The notes beneath the pieces are model-generated. The model was not told where the DNA came from, made no database searches, and worked only from the letters and a program-made list of their open reading frames with translations. Shown one piece after another: positions 45,938 to 55,906 of a DNA stretch of 64,000 nucleotides; the stretch's first letter is position 1; every line of letters starts with the position of its first letter. The stretch spans positions 311 through 64,310 of the IMG/VR virus record IMGVR_UViG_3300047440_000434, one strand, 5' to 3'. Position numbers and translations under genes: made by a program. Source of the DNA: a virus (Duplodnaviria; Caudoviricetes).

Positions 45938-47512
45938 TTAGAACGCCTTCTTTTGTTGATGGAACAAATCCAGCAAACAATTCTGCATACGCTGACGCTG
46001 ACGCAACTTCGTGTACGTGGCCTGTTCGACGGGGGTGCCTACCATATGGACGATCATCGTCTTATGTTTCTGCCCTGGTCGATTGATCCGCGCGTTCGCC
46101 TGTTCGTAAATCTCAAGACTCGTGGTCGGCGAATACCAGACAATAGTGTCCGCCTCGGTCAGTGTCAAGCCATGTGCTAAAGTTTGTGGATGCGCAACGA
46201 TTATCCTAGGCGTGGAAGTTCCCTGGAAATCACTGAAGATTTTATCACGCGCCGCACGACCGATACCGCCGTGTATGATCGCGATATCATATTTTTGTTT
46301 ACGCAAATACGACGAAACACCGAGTAGCGCGTGCATGAACGGAACCATGACCAGTACTTTCCGCTCGGTCTCATCAAGCACTTCGGTCAACGCCGACAAT
46401 CGCGTCGTCGCGTCCATTTCGTAGACGGTATGTTTGTCGGTATAGAGATAACCGCACGACACCTGTAGCAACTTGTTATGCAACACGCCCTGGTTGACCG
46501 CCGAGATGTCCTCGTTCTTCTGGGTCAGCATGTGGGCCTTGTGATATAACAGCGCGTAGGCTTTCTTCGCGTCCGCGTCGAGCATGACCGCCCGGTCGAC
46601 AATCGAGCACTCCGGTAGCTCCATCACGTCATCGCGTGTGTAACGCACCGATGGCGACATGGCCTGACGCACGATGGTGTTCGCGTCCGGTTTCGGATAC
46701 CAGCGGAACTGGTTGATCCGCCGCATGGTCAGATCCTGGAAGGACGTGAACGAGCGGGTGGTGCGCTCGGGTGTGAGCAGCCGCACCTGCGCCCAGGCGT
46801 CCGTTGGGGCGTTTGGCGTGGGGCTCCCGGTCAGCCCCCAGGCGTATTTGACGCCGGGATGGGCGATAAGGGCTCGCGCTGAGTTCCACAACTCCGTGCG
46901 ACGATTACGATAAATAGCCAACTCGTCCAGAACAACAATATCAAAGCCCGCTTCCTGGACCGCCGTGCCGAGGACTCGTAATCCATGATGATTTACCACA
47001 CATATGTCAGAACCTGAGTTCAACAGCTTGATACGTTTTTCTTTACTACCGTAGAGAACGACCACCCTGCGGCCCATCACCAGCTGGAACAGTTCCTTTT
47101 CCCAGACGGGGGTGAGCGTGCTGAGCGGCGCGACCACGATCATTCGTTTGGCCTGACCGGTCCGCATGAGGTAATCGGCGGCGTAGATGACGGATCTGGT
47201 CTTGCCGGTCCCCATCGAGCTTAGGACGTAGCACCGGTCGCTCTCGGACAGCAGCGCCGCCGTGGTGCGCTGGATATCCCACGGTTTGGTGTTCAGCCAG
47301 TCGTAGCGGGTCAGAATGGGTGCCGGGACGGGGATGCCCACGTTGCGGGCGATGCGGGCCTCGTCGGGCTTGTTGGGCAGCAGGAGCATCCGCGAGCCCT
47401 CCCACATGAAGGGCCTCGCGTGCGGCACCGCCGACGCCAGCGCGCCATCCCATGGGACGGCGACGTGCTGCCCGTCCTTGGTTATGAATGTGATCGGCGT
47501 TTCGGCGTTCAT
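45938..47512 (-). CDS. SNF2-like superfamily 2 helicase
   Basis: MGTGKT, LDEL, LTGSP, GLTLT, QANARINRPGQ; start set at MNAETP (ATGA coupling). Confidence 0.9.
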   Translation of the reverse strand: MNAETPITFITKDGQHVAVPWDGALASAVPHARPFMWEGSRMLLLPNKPDEARIARNVGIPVPAPILTRYDWLNTKPWDIQRTTAALLSESDRCYVLSSMGTGKTRSVIYAADYLMRTGQAKRMIVVAPLSTLTPVWEKELFQLVMGRRVVVLYGSKEKRIKLLNSGSDICVVNHHGLRVLGTAVQEAGFDIVVLDELAIYRNRRTELWNSARALIAHPGVKYAWGLTGSPTPNAPTDAWAQVRLLTPERTTRSFTSFQDLTMRRINQFRWYPKPDANTIVRQAMSPSVRYTRDDVMELPECSIVDRAVMLDADAKKAYALLYHKAHMLTQKNEDISAVNQGVLHNKLLQVSCGYLYTDKHTVYEMDATTRLSALTEVLDETERKVLVMVPFMHALLGVSSYLRKQKYDIAIIHGGIGRAARDKIFSDFQGTSTPRIIVAHPQTLAHGLTLTEADTIVWYSPTTSLEIYEQANARINRPGQKHKTMIVHMVGTPVEQATYTKLRQRQRMQNCLLDLFHQQKKAF

Positions 47513-47823
47513 CCGTGCACCATGATCCCTTCCAGGTATTCCTCTAGTTCGCCAAATCCCTCGGTGTCGTCCATGCCGACGATCAGGAACGTCGTGGCTC
47601 CCGACCGGCGCATACGCTCCATGACACGCTCTTGCAGCCGCGTCGTGCGGCCCGACTTCGCCTTGGCCTCGATGGAGAAGAAGCGCCCGTTGGCGCAGCA
47701 AAGAAAATCAACGGTGCGACTGCCCAGCCCCATTTGCACGGGCATGAAATAGTATATCTCCTCTTCGTATCGGTCCAGTAGTTTCTTGATTTTGTCTTTG
47801 ACCTTACCCTCTGGGGTGCTCAT
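47509..47823 (-). CDS. VRR-NUC domain nuclease
   Basis: PEGKVK...DFLCC..GRFFSIEAK...TRLQ. Confidence 0.85.
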   Translation of the reverse strand: MSTPEGKVKDKIKKLLDRYEEEIYYFMPVQMGLGSRTVDFLCCANGRFFSIEAKAKSGRTTRLQERVMERMRRSGATTFLIVGMDDTEGFGELEEYLEGIMVHG

Positions 47824-47835
47824 CTTTTACTCCCG

Positions 47836-48174
47836 TCATAAACTAATCAGCACATATGCTATGAGTTCGGGGTCGATGACCGCGTATTCGATCAGCATGT
47901 TCTCGAAGCGTTTGGTTATGGGCAGCATGGGTGCGCTGGCCAGCACGGTCTCGTTGCCCTTTCGGATGACCCTCCACCACGAGTCCCGCTTGTCGTCCCG
48001 ATGGATGGCCACCCACGGCACGCCCTCGTGCATACCCACGTCGAACAGGATCTTGTCACGAACCTTCCGGGGGAACTGACGGCGCAACAATCGGGTTTGG
48101 ATGCCATACGAAGCGGTGTTGCCGAAGTCTGTTATGTTATAGGTTTTCAGTTCGCTCCGGGGGATGCGCGTCAT
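47836..48174 (-). CDS. Hypothetical protein
   Basis: Coupled ORF in operon. Confidence 0.6.
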   Translation of the reverse strand: MTRIPRSELKTYNITDFGNTASYGIQTRLLRRQFPRKVRDKILFDVGMHEGVPWVAIHRDDKRDSWWRVIRKGNETVLASAPMLPITKRFENMLIEYAVIDPELIAYVLISL

Positions 48175-48596
48175 GGCGCATCCAGTAATATCCTGGAGAT
48201 ATGTTCGTCCGACGGAAACTTGTCCACGTCGTGCAGTTCAAGTTCGCGCATGTTATCGAAGCAAACCGTGATGCGGTCCGTGCCGAACTCCAACCGGGAT
48301 ATGCGCGCCAGCACCCGGAACGGTAGCTGATCAACCAGGATCTTGGTGCGCGCCTCGATGAACACGCGCAATGGTTGTACGGCCACGTACGGCGTGGACT
48401 GTCGCGCGGCCCCCAGAACATTCTGGTATGTGTTCGCCGCCTGTGCCGCGTTCCATTGCGCCGTGACGTTCGCGGCTATCTGTGCCTGTCGCGCCTGCGT
48501 CATGGCGATGCCGATGTTGTTGTAGTTTGGGTCGTTGGGGCCGTAACTCGGTGCCCCGGCTGCCCCGCTAAGGCCCAGCGGATCGACACCCATCAT
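48171..48596 (-). CDS. Hypothetical protein
   Basis: Start trimmed to MMGV, just after the nuclease stop. Confidence 0.55.
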   Translation of the reverse strand: MMGVDPLGLSGAAGAPSYGPNDPNYNNIGIAMTQARQAQIAANVTAQWNAAQAANTYQNVLGAARQSTPYVAVQPLRVFIEARTKILVDQLPFRVLARISRLEFGTDRITVCFDNMRELELHDVDKFPSDEHISRILLDAP

Positions 48597-48597
48597 A

Positions 48598-49275
48598 TCA
48601 CTTCCCATGGAAGGGGCAGGAGGTAACCGCACACCACCGCTTACATAGCCCGCCAGGGTTTGGAGGATATTCCTGTGCTTGTCTGGCATGAACCATTTTC
48701 CCCACGCGCGGGAGGATGTCCCCCCAGATCTCGGTCACGCTCTCACGGGTAAACGTGGCGCGCTCGATATGATCGTAAGCGATGAACGCCAGCGCGGCGC
48801 GGATCTTCTTCACCTTCGTCGCATGGGCGAAAGTCACCACCGCCGCCAGCTGCAGCTGCGTCATGTCCTCGGTCGGCTTGCCCGTCTTGTAGTCGATGAC
48901 GGTAGCGCGCTCGCCGTTGATGTTGGTGTAGTCCAGCACCATGCGGAACCACGCCCCACGCCCGAAAAACTTAGACGGTGACAGCGAACTGTCGAGCGCC
49001 AGCTTCTGCTCCGTGTGCACCGAGCCCTCGGCGTTGGCGAGCTTGTCCAGCAGCTTCTCGTGCGGCACCAGATCGGGCGGCAGGGGCGTGCCACGGCCCA
49101 CGCGGGCGTCGAACGCCTCGTGGATGCGCTTGCCCTCGATCAAGGGCTTGCCCTCGGGCTCCTTGACGTCCTTGGAGACGTTGTAGGCGTAGTAGCGGCG
49201 CGGGCAGGTCTCGAAGTTCTTCAGCGCCGTGTAGCTCCAGGAGAAGCCCTCGGGGTTTACTACCGTCGTGCTCAT
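48598..49275 (-). CDS. PD-(D/E)XK Cas4/RecB-like exonuclease
   Basis: WSYTALKNFETCPRRY, IDYKTGK, C-terminal LCKRWCAVTSC. Confidence 0.85.
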   Translation of the reverse strand: MSTTVVNPEGFSWSYTALKNFETCPRRYYAYNVSKDVKEPEGKPLIEGKRIHEAFDARVGRGTPLPPDLVPHEKLLDKLANAEGSVHTEQKLALDSSLSPSKFFGRGAWFRMVLDYTNINGERATVIDYKTGKPTEDMTQLQLAAVVTFAHATKVKKIRAALAFIAYDHIERATFTRESVTEIWGDILPRVGKMVHARQAQEYPPNPGGLCKRWCAVTSCPFHGK

Positions 49276-49784
49276 GCGGCTTCATCCTTGGTTTTATGGG
49301 TCTTGTCCCATTTCTCTTGTTGTTCCGCCAGATACGCCGCTTTGTAATCATCCACGTTTTCGTAAACACGGTCATAAGGAACGCAGACCTTACCGTCCGG
49401 CATGGGATTGCCGGAACCCTCCATATTAGACCCCCAATCGTCCGTCATGATCGGTGTGACGATGCTGAAATCAGGTCGTTTCAGTGTTATGGTCCAGGCG
49501 ACGACAGGAGCCAGGTACACTCCAACTTCGGTCGGTCTGGCGGTATGATCATCGGTTTCATTACCAACCCATGGCACATAGACAAAAGCATCCTTGGCCG
49601 CTGGAATTATAGTCGCCAGGAGATGGTCGGGATCGAAAGGCCGCTCCGTGGTATAGGTGGTCTTACCGTCGTAAAGCCGCCACGTTTCCGCACCTGTTTT
49701 CTCGTCCAGCGCTATCAGGCGGGCTTCATGGATGAGGTCCAGATTTACCCATCCATGCCCACCCGTATCGAAAAAACGGCTCAT
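49272..49784 (-). CDS. Hypothetical protein (lower-GC codons)
   Basis: ATGA coupling at both ends. Confidence 0.65.
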   Translation of the reverse strand: MSRFFDTGGHGWVNLDLIHEARLIALDEKTGAETWRLYDGKTTYTTERPFDPDHLLATIIPAAKDAFVYVPWVGNETDDHTARPTEVGVYLAPVVAWTITLKRPDFSIVTPIMTDDWGSNMEGSGNPMPDGKVCVPYDRVYENVDDYKAAYLAEQQEKWDKTHKTKDEAA

Positions 49785-51640
49785 GTGTTCACTCCTTTCT
49801 CAGCTTCGAGTAACGTCCGTCCCCAGCCCCCTTCGCTCGCCAGCGGCAGGTCCGGTGCCCATGTGGGGGCCACGGCGAAAGCACGTTCCAATACCGCATC
49901 GAAGTCACGCACTTCGCTTTCCGGCACGAGGTAGTCATGGCTATCGTATGTGCTCATGAACGGGCGGTATCCCGAGTCGCGATGCACGGCGAGCATTATG
50001 TCGGTAACGACGATCCGAGCCAAGCCCTGAGTTATATTCTCGATGAATTTAGCGCCATATATTTTGCGCGGGCCACCGAACACGCCACGATAAGTCGTCT
50101 TACGCCCCCATACGCCATCGTCCGGTTCCTCCTTCAGATCCGGGTAGGCGATAGCCATGCCGTTGGGCAGGTAGACGCACTCGTCGCCGATCTCGATGAC
50201 GGGGATGCCGGGGTCGGGCACGTCGCGCGGGTTGATCATTCGTTTCAGCGCGCCGTTGCCCCGCCACCATAGTTGCTTGATCGGCGCGTATTCCTCCCGG
50301 TAGAAGTCCACCAGCTTGGCGGCTTCCTCCAGGTCCAGGGCGACGCTCACGCCCCCGTTGCCGATATACAGGGCATGACGGAACTTCACATGGCCCGCGC
50401 CATAGCCGAGGCTCAGGATCGCGGTCTTGCCGGTGAAGCGTTCGAGCGTGTCGGCCTTGGTGATTTTACGACCGTAGAACTTCCATGCGAACTCGGAATA
50501 AACGTCGCGTCCCTCGCGAAACGCCTTGACCAGCTTGTCGCACCCGGCCAGCCACGCGACCATGCGCGCCTCGATCTGCGATGAGTCCCGATGCACGATG
50601 CGCATACCCGGTGGTGCCTCGATGGCGTCCCTTATGGGCGAGCCCCGGCGCAGGTTGGCGAAGTTATACCCGCCGTCGCCAGAGAAACGCCCGGTGTGCG
50701 CGCCGTAGTATTTGTAGGGCACCGGCATACCCACGTTACGCTGCGACAGGTTCAGCAGCGTGGCGGTGCGTGTCTCGTCGATGGTGGACTTGGCACCCAG
50801 GCGTACCGCCAGCGCCACCTGCGCGTCCAGGGGTATGTCGGGGTCGGCGCACAGATCCTTGAACTCCCGGTCGTTCCTGGCCAGCGCGAAGGTGGGCTGC
50901 CCGGTCGTGGGCGAGATCTTGGTCGGCGGCTCGACACCATACGACCGGAGTAACTCGGCGAACTTGATGTTCGAGGAGAACACCTCCTCGGGGATATGCG
51001 ACACGCGAGCGAGCGACGCGGCCTTCTCGGCCTGGACCAGATGCAGGTACTCGGCCAGCTTGGCGGCGTTCAGCCGGGCCTGGGGCTCGATGAACATGCG
51101 CAAGCTGAGATCCAACACCTTTAGTTCGCTCGGGGGGAATACCTTGATGAACCTGTCGAAGATGGCGCGGCAGAGGTCCGTGTCGTGCGCGCAGTAGTTC
51201 GCGTAGGTGGTGCGCTCCATGACGTTCAGGCTGGCGAGCGTGCGCCCCATCATGTCCTGGACCGTGGTGCCCTTGGCTTCCAGTTTGAAGTGCGCCGCCA
51301 GCTTGGCCAAGCTGGCATAGGTCAGCACGGGCCGGGTTATGGCGTTGGCCATGCCCAGCGTGTCCAGGTAGAGCGCGGGGACGATACCGAAGCGCCACGC
51401 CAGTATCGCCCCGTCGAAGCGCATGTTGTGCGCCAGCGCCGCCGTCTTGCTCCAGTCGATACAGGCGAACCCGGCGCGTATCGCATCCTCGCCGATGTTT
51501 ACTACCGTCGGTCGATCCCCCACTTTCATCGAACACATGATCGCCTCGAAGCGCGGGTCGAGGATGTAGTCCACCTCGCTCATTTTCTTCAGCGAGTATT
51601 GTTTGTCGTAGTAAGTCTCGAAGTCTATCGTAACGATCAC
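49781..51640 (-). CDS. polA: Family A DNA polymerase with 3'-5' exonuclease
   Basis: IDFETYY, AHNMRFD, HTGRFSG, DSSQIEAR (motif A), RFTGKTAILSLGYG (motif B), TYDS (motif C). Confidence 0.92.
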   Translation of the reverse strand: MIVTIDFETYYDKQYSLKKMSEVDYILDPRFEAIMCSMKVGDRPTVVNIGEDAIRAGFACIDWSKTAALAHNMRFDGAILAWRFGIVPALYLDTLGMANAITRPVLTYASLAKLAAHFKLEAKGTTVQDMMGRTLASLNVMERTTYANYCAHDTDLCRAIFDRFIKVFPPSELKVLDLSLRMFIEPQARLNAAKLAEYLHLVQAEKAASLARVSHIPEEVFSSNIKFAELLRSYGVEPPTKISPTTGQPTFALARNDREFKDLCADPDIPLDAQVALAVRLGAKSTIDETRTATLLNLSQRNVGMPVPYKYYGAHTGRFSGDGGYNFANLRRGSPIRDAIEAPPGMRIVHRDSSQIEARMVAWLAGCDKLVKAFREGRDVYSEFAWKFYGRKITKADTLERFTGKTAILSLGYGAGHVKFRHALYIGNGGVSVALDLEEAAKLVDFYREEYAPIKQLWWRGNGALKRMINPRDVPDPGIPVIEIGDECVYLPNGMAIAYPDLKEEPDDGVWGRKTTYRGVFGGPRKIYGAKFIENITQGLARIVVTDIMLAVHRDSGYRPFMSTYDSHDYLVPESEVRDFDAVLERAFAVAPTWAPDLPLASEGGWGRTLLEAEKGVNT

Positions 51641-51649
51641 CCACCCCTC

Positions 51650-52465
51650 CTATGTGAAAGTCCTGTCCGTCGGCAACTTCTCCCAGAAGTCCACGGTCGC
51701 CACGATGGGCTCCTGAGTATGGTCGTAGGGCGTCAGCATCATGCCCGCCGCGAGCACGGTGTCGGCCAGCTTCATCAGCGGGCGCAGCTGGTCCATGACC
51801 GTCGCGGCTGGCTCGTAGATAGCCAATGGCCTGTGCACGGCGTGCAACCTGTCCTTCCACGTATCGTGCCACAGTTTGTCGCTACTCCGTGACAGATGAT
51901 AGGGCGTGCCCTCCACGTCATTGATGAGCGTGGCGAGCGTGGGCCACATGCGATGCAGGTGCGCGCAGGTTTTCGCATGTGCGCTCACCACGTCCCTGAC
52001 GACCGCGATGGTAATCTCGGTCATGCGCTTTTGTCGCACCGCCCTGTTGAGCCACGCGGCCAGGGCCTTTTGCTTCTCCTCGGGCAGCGGCTCACGGTCG
52101 AAGTTCAGGCTCGCGTAGCCTTGCGCGCCGATGGCGAACGACAGCGTGCGCATGTAGCTGTCCGGTTCCTTCCTCAGGTAGATGGGCTTACGCAATTTGA
52201 GTCTGATGACGGCACCGCGAAGCAGCCCCGGCAGCTGCTCACGCTGGAAACCAAAGCGCCCGTCAGCATACGACGGGAGTGAAACCTTTTGCTTCGCGAG
52301 TTCGCGCATCGTCTCCACCTGATCACGCGGCATCGCCAGCATTTGCACGTCCTCGTGGTCGAGTGGGAAGTCCGAGAAGGCGTAGTCGAGCGTGCGTCCG
52401 CACAGCCGCTCCGCGCGCTGGCGCAGGAAGGTCTGCACGCTGTCGGAGATTTTCCAATTAGGCAT
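51650..52465 (-). CDS. Hypothetical protein
   Basis: 271-aa ORF with AAGGAG SD. Confidence 0.7.
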   Translation of the reverse strand: MPNWKISDSVQTFLRQRAERLCGRTLDYAFSDFPLDHEDVQMLAMPRDQVETMRELAKQKVSLPSYADGRFGFQREQLPGLLRGAVIRLKLRKPIYLRKEPDSYMRTLSFAIGAQGYASLNFDREPLPEEKQKALAAWLNRAVRQKRMTEITIAVVRDVVSAHAKTCAHLHRMWPTLATLINDVEGTPYHLSRSSDKLWHDTWKDRLHAVHRPLAIYEPAATVMDQLRPLMKLADTVLAAGMMLTPYDHTQEPIVATVDFWEKLPTDRTFT

Positions 52466-52468
52466 AAC

Positions 52469-52591
52469 TCACTCCTTCTTTATGTAAGCGTCATAGACAC
52501 AGCCCGCGAGAAACCCGATGGCGAGCGTGATCACGATGTCGAACAGGTCGAACTTCGGATAACCGATCCAGTCCAGGAACGGGTTCATCAT
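52469..52591 (-). CDS. Small membrane protein (40 aa; not in ORF track)
   Basis: MMNPFLDWIGYPKFDLFDIVITLAIGFLAGCVYDAYIKKE fills the gap; ATGA coupling. Confidence 0.55.
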   Translation of the reverse strand: MMNPFLDWIGYPKFDLFDIVITLAIGFLAGCVYDAYIKKE

Positions 52592-53043
52592 TGGTTGTTA
52601 TCCTGCGGCTCGGAATGGATGGCGAAGTATTTGGGCGCGATGTGCATCACCAGCCCTTGCTTCTTCATGTTCGACAGACGCCCCGACGCCGTGCCGTTGG
52701 GCATGTCCGCCAGATCCGCCAGTTCCCTGGCCGTCAGCCCCTGCTCGCCCGCCGCTTCCAACGCGGTCTTCACGATGTCGACGGTCGGCGTGTCATAGGT
52801 CCTGGGCTTGTAGGTCCCGCGCTTGCGGCCCGTACCCGTCCTGACCTTGCGCGGCGGCAAGCCCTCCGTGACATACATGCCGTTGGACTTCACTCCGGTC
52901 GTAAACTCCGGGATTATTTCCGATGTCCCCTCGGGCAGATCGGCGATCATGCCCTGGATGACACGCATGTGCGTGTGCAGCATCTCAGCCTGAGCGCGCA
53001 GCTTATCGTGCTGCGCGACCAGATACCGTCTTACTTCGTCCAT
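52588..53043 (-). CDS. Coiled-coil plus winged-HTH DNA-binding protein
   Basis: GLTARELADLADMPNGTASGRLSNMKKQGLV; GAGGAG SD. Confidence 0.8.
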   Translation of the reverse strand: MDEVRRYLVAQHDKLRAQAEMLHTHMRVIQGMIADLPEGTSEIIPEFTTGVKSNGMYVTEGLPPRKVRTGTGRKRGTYKPRTYDTPTVDIVKTALEAAGEQGLTARELADLADMPNGTASGRLSNMKKQGLVMHIAPKYFAIHSEPQDNNQ

Positions 53044-53056
53044 GTGTTCTCACTCC

Positions 53057-54307
53057 TCAGATTTTAATACGAACCGTGTCGCCGAACGGCCCCACGGCGT
53101 CGCCCGTCGCCGCCCAGATCACGGGGTAGGCTGGCGCTTCGTCGGGGAAAGTGCCCTCCATGTCCGTCAGATAGATCAGCGCGTCGGGACGCAGGTCCTG
53201 CTCCTTCACGTAGTCGAAGACAGGCTCGAAGCACGTGCCGCCGCCACCCTTGATGCCCTTCACGCGCAGGGCCTCGAACTCATCGACCGACCAGAGTTCA
53301 TCGACCTGCGAGACAGCGGCATCGCAGCCGATGACCACGATGCGTTTGGGTCGCACGTCCTGCAGCACGCCGCTCAGTTCAGACATGAACACCTGCATCT
53401 CGTCCGGTCCGACCGAGCCCGAGGTATCGACGCCGACTACTACGGTATTACAACCATAACCGTTACGCCCCGGCATGATCGTGATCGGGTTCATCACCAA
53501 CCTGCGCCGGTTGGGTTTCGTCCATGTCTCGCCGCGATAGCCCACCTTGCCCGTCACGAGCAGACGCACGTGCTCACGCCAGTTGATCTGCGGTGCCAGT
53601 ATCTCCTCGACCAGACGCTGGATGCTGCCCGGCACGTCACCCATGGCCTTGGCGACAGCGTAAGCCTGGGCCACGGCTTCCTTGAACTCGCTCTCGCTGG
53701 GCAGGTCCGTGCCACCATCCGCGTCCGTGGACGGCTCCAGGATCTCGTCAAAGGTCCCGTCACCGTTGAGCGCCTGTTGGTCGCCCTTCTGTCCGCCCTG
53801 CCCGCTGCCCTTGCGCTTCGGTGGCGGCGGGCACATGCCCGGTTTGAACAGCCGCTCGTAGACGTCCTCCCACAATTCGCTGCCCTTGATGGCCTTATCG
53901 AAGAGCCACGCGGGATTGATCGTGCCGACGCCCGTCTCGACCAGATCGGCGTTAATACAGTAGTCAGCGCAGACGTTGCCGAACTTCTGATCGTAGGGCA
54001 GGTTCCTCAACTTGCCTTCGCGCTGGTAGTGGATCATCCGCGTGGGATGCTGGCTCACCAGATGGCTCATCTCATGGGCGAGGATGAACACCTGCTCTGG
54101 CACGGTGAACCCGCAGATGTAATCGGGATTGAGAAGTATGCGACGCCCGTCGGTCGCCGCCGTCGGCATGTCCTTCGTGAACACCTCACGGCCCAGCGAG
54201 TAATAGAGGTGGGAATAAAAGGGACTGGAAACCATGAACGCCACGCGGGCGATTTCCATCTTGCGCTCCTGCTCGGGTGTCAGGGTCGCCACTTTCATTT
54301 TAGCCAT
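53057..54307 (-). CDS. Metallopeptidase-vWA protein (DUF2201-like)
   Basis: TAATDG, HEMSH (HExxH), DTSGS MIDAS, GGGGTCF, YLTD. Confidence 0.9.
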   Translation of the reverse strand: MAKMKVATLTPEQERKMEIARVAFMVSSPFYSHLYYSLGREVFTKDMPTAATDGRRILLNPDYICGFTVPEQVFILAHEMSHLVSQHPTRMIHYQREGKLRNLPYDQKFGNVCADYCINADLVETGVGTINPAWLFDKAIKGSELWEDVYERLFKPGMCPPPPKRKGSGQGGQKGDQQALNGDGTFDEILEPSTDADGGTDLPSESEFKEAVAQAYAVAKAMGDVPGSIQRLVEEILAPQINWREHVRLLVTGKVGYRGETWTKPNRRRLVMNPITIMPGRNGYGCNTVVVGVDTSGSVGPDEMQVFMSELSGVLQDVRPKRIVVIGCDAAVSQVDELWSVDEFEALRVKGIKGGGGTCFEPVFDYVKEQDLRPDALIYLTDMEGTFPDEAPAYPVIWAATGDAVGPFGDTVRIKI

Positions 54308-54329
54308 GTAGTTTCACTCCTGTAGTAAA

Positions 54330-54527
54330 TTACACGCCTTCTTCGTTCGTGCGCAAGGTGGTGTTAAGCGCCTCGACGATGGTCATGCCATGACCATACA
54401 GCGCACGCCGCGCTATGATCACGTCGGAATGTCCGGGGCTATGAAACACGATGTCGTACCATGCCTCGTCCGTCTTCCCCCCGGCTCGCACGAGTCCGTA
54501 GCGCGGTTCATTCGTTTCCATGTTCAT
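54330..54527 (-). CDS. Hypothetical protein
   Basis: ATGA coupling. Confidence 0.55.
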   Translation of the reverse strand: MNMETNEPRYGLVRAGGKTDEAWYDIVFHSPGHSDVIIARRALYGHGMTIVEALNTTLRTNEEGV

Positions 54528-55471
54528 AATCCCCAGCTTGCCAGCTTGTTGTTGATCGCTTTCGCCTGTCGCGCCACGTCGGCCCGAGCTTCCTGAGACT
54601 GGCGCAGCATCTTCGGCGTGATGCCATCCAGCATCCGGTCGATATCGCTTACGACCGTATTAACCCGGTCGTCCCCGGCGCAGTTGAAACCGGGCAGCAA
54701 CACGAGCAGTTCACGCACGTTGTCGATGGTGTTCACCTTGAACGTGGCGGTCGGGTCGTCGAGCCGCTCGATCATCTTGCCCACCACGTCCTTCACGCGG
54801 CCCCACATTTCCGCCTGGGCGGTGTTCACCGCCGACAGCTGGCGCGCCTTGAGTTGCTTGCCCAGCCGTTCGAGCATCCCGTCAGGCAAGCCCTGGAACG
54901 CCCCAGCGGAGGGGATGGGCAGGAAGTCGAACGAGAGCTTGAACGACTCCCGTATCTCCTCCTGATCGGGGTAGTCCTCGGGCGCGGCCATGCCCGCGAG
55001 GTTGGCCTGAGCACGCAGCACGAGGTCGGGATACATGAGCACGAAGTTATCGCGCTTGCCCATGGCGGTGCGGCGCAGCTTGCTCATCTCCGTGAGATAC
55101 TTATCGAAGAGCATGTTGGGCAGCAGACGCGGCCCCTGCATACGCTGCAGCGCCGAGACGGGCTTGCTCACCCATGGCAGGGTCAGTTCATAGTGCGCGG
55201 CGCGAGCGGCCATGTAAGCGGCCTTCACGTCCTTCAGTTCAGTGTCGCACCCGGCGAGCAGGTTCTTGATGTACTTGCCAGTGTTGCCCACCGCGCCCGC
55301 GTCCTCCTTGATCTTGTCGCCCACCTTGCGGTCGGTGCGCTCGCCGGACCAAAGCGAGATCGTCAGATCCGCGAGTAGCGCCGTGGCCCGCACGGCCTCG
55401 GTCAGGTCGGCCCGTGTCACCGCGTCATCGTCTGGCACGGGTGCCTGGGAAACGTCCACATTAGAGTCCAT
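54524..55471 (-). CDS. Conserved helical protein accompanying phage MoxR/vWA pairs (DUF3150-like)
   Basis: LTISLWSG, TLPW, RLLP, DYP motifs; AAGGAG SD. Confidence 0.7.
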   Translation of the reverse strand: MDSNVDVSQAPVPDDDAVTRADLTEAVRATALLADLTISLWSGERTDRKVGDKIKEDAGAVGNTGKYIKNLLAGCDTELKDVKAAYMAARAAHYELTLPWVSKPVSALQRMQGPRLLPNMLFDKYLTEMSKLRRTAMGKRDNFVLMYPDLVLRAQANLAGMAAPEDYPDQEEIRESFKLSFDFLPIPSAGAFQGLPDGMLERLGKQLKARQLSAVNTAQAEMWGRVKDVVGKMIERLDDPTATFKVNTIDNVRELLVLLPGFNCAGDDRVNTVVSDIDRMLDGITPKMLRQSQEARADVARQAKAINNKLASWGL

Positions 55472-55489
55472 TGGTTACTCCTTTGTTTA

Positions 55490-55837
55490 CTACAGTCGTA
55501 GTGATACCATTATGATGCCGCCCCACATATGTGGTTCCTGGCTACCGAACCAGTTATTTATCCTGGTTAGTGTGTTGAGCCGCAGGTCCATGTCCGTGGG
55601 GACCACATGACGCCCATTGTCGCGGCACAGATACCCCTCGATCCAGTCACGCGCCGCGTTGATGGCGTCTTCTCCCACGAGGAAGAGTTCTTCGTGCTGT
55701 TCCACGTCATGGCGATACGCCCCCCCTCCAAAAAGATGCTGGAACCTACGGTAGAACATCCATATCTTGATGTGATCCCCGTTGACGGCCATCTGGGCGG
55801 CGATGTTGGCCATGGCCGACAAGTGCCTGGGTCTCAT
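55490..55837 (-). CDS. Hypothetical protein
   Basis: Bounded by motif copies at 55486-55502 and 55840-55856. Confidence 0.6.
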   Translation of the reverse strand: MRPRHLSAMANIAAQMAVNGDHIKIWMFYRRFQHLFGGGAYRHDVEQHEELFLVGEDAINAARDWIEGYLCRDNGRHVVPTDMDLRLNTLTRINNWFGSQEPHMWGGIIMVSLRL

Positions 55838-55863
55838 TATTCACTCCCGTCGTAAAGGTTGGG

Positions 55864-55902
55864 CTGGGCAGGGGGTAATTTCCCAGTATTCCCCCTGCCC
55901 AG
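55864..55902. other. 12-bp perfect inverted repeat downstream of AAA gene
   Basis: CTGGGCAGGGGG-15nt-CCCCCTGCCCAG. Confidence 0.7.
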
Positions 55903-55906
55903 GGGT

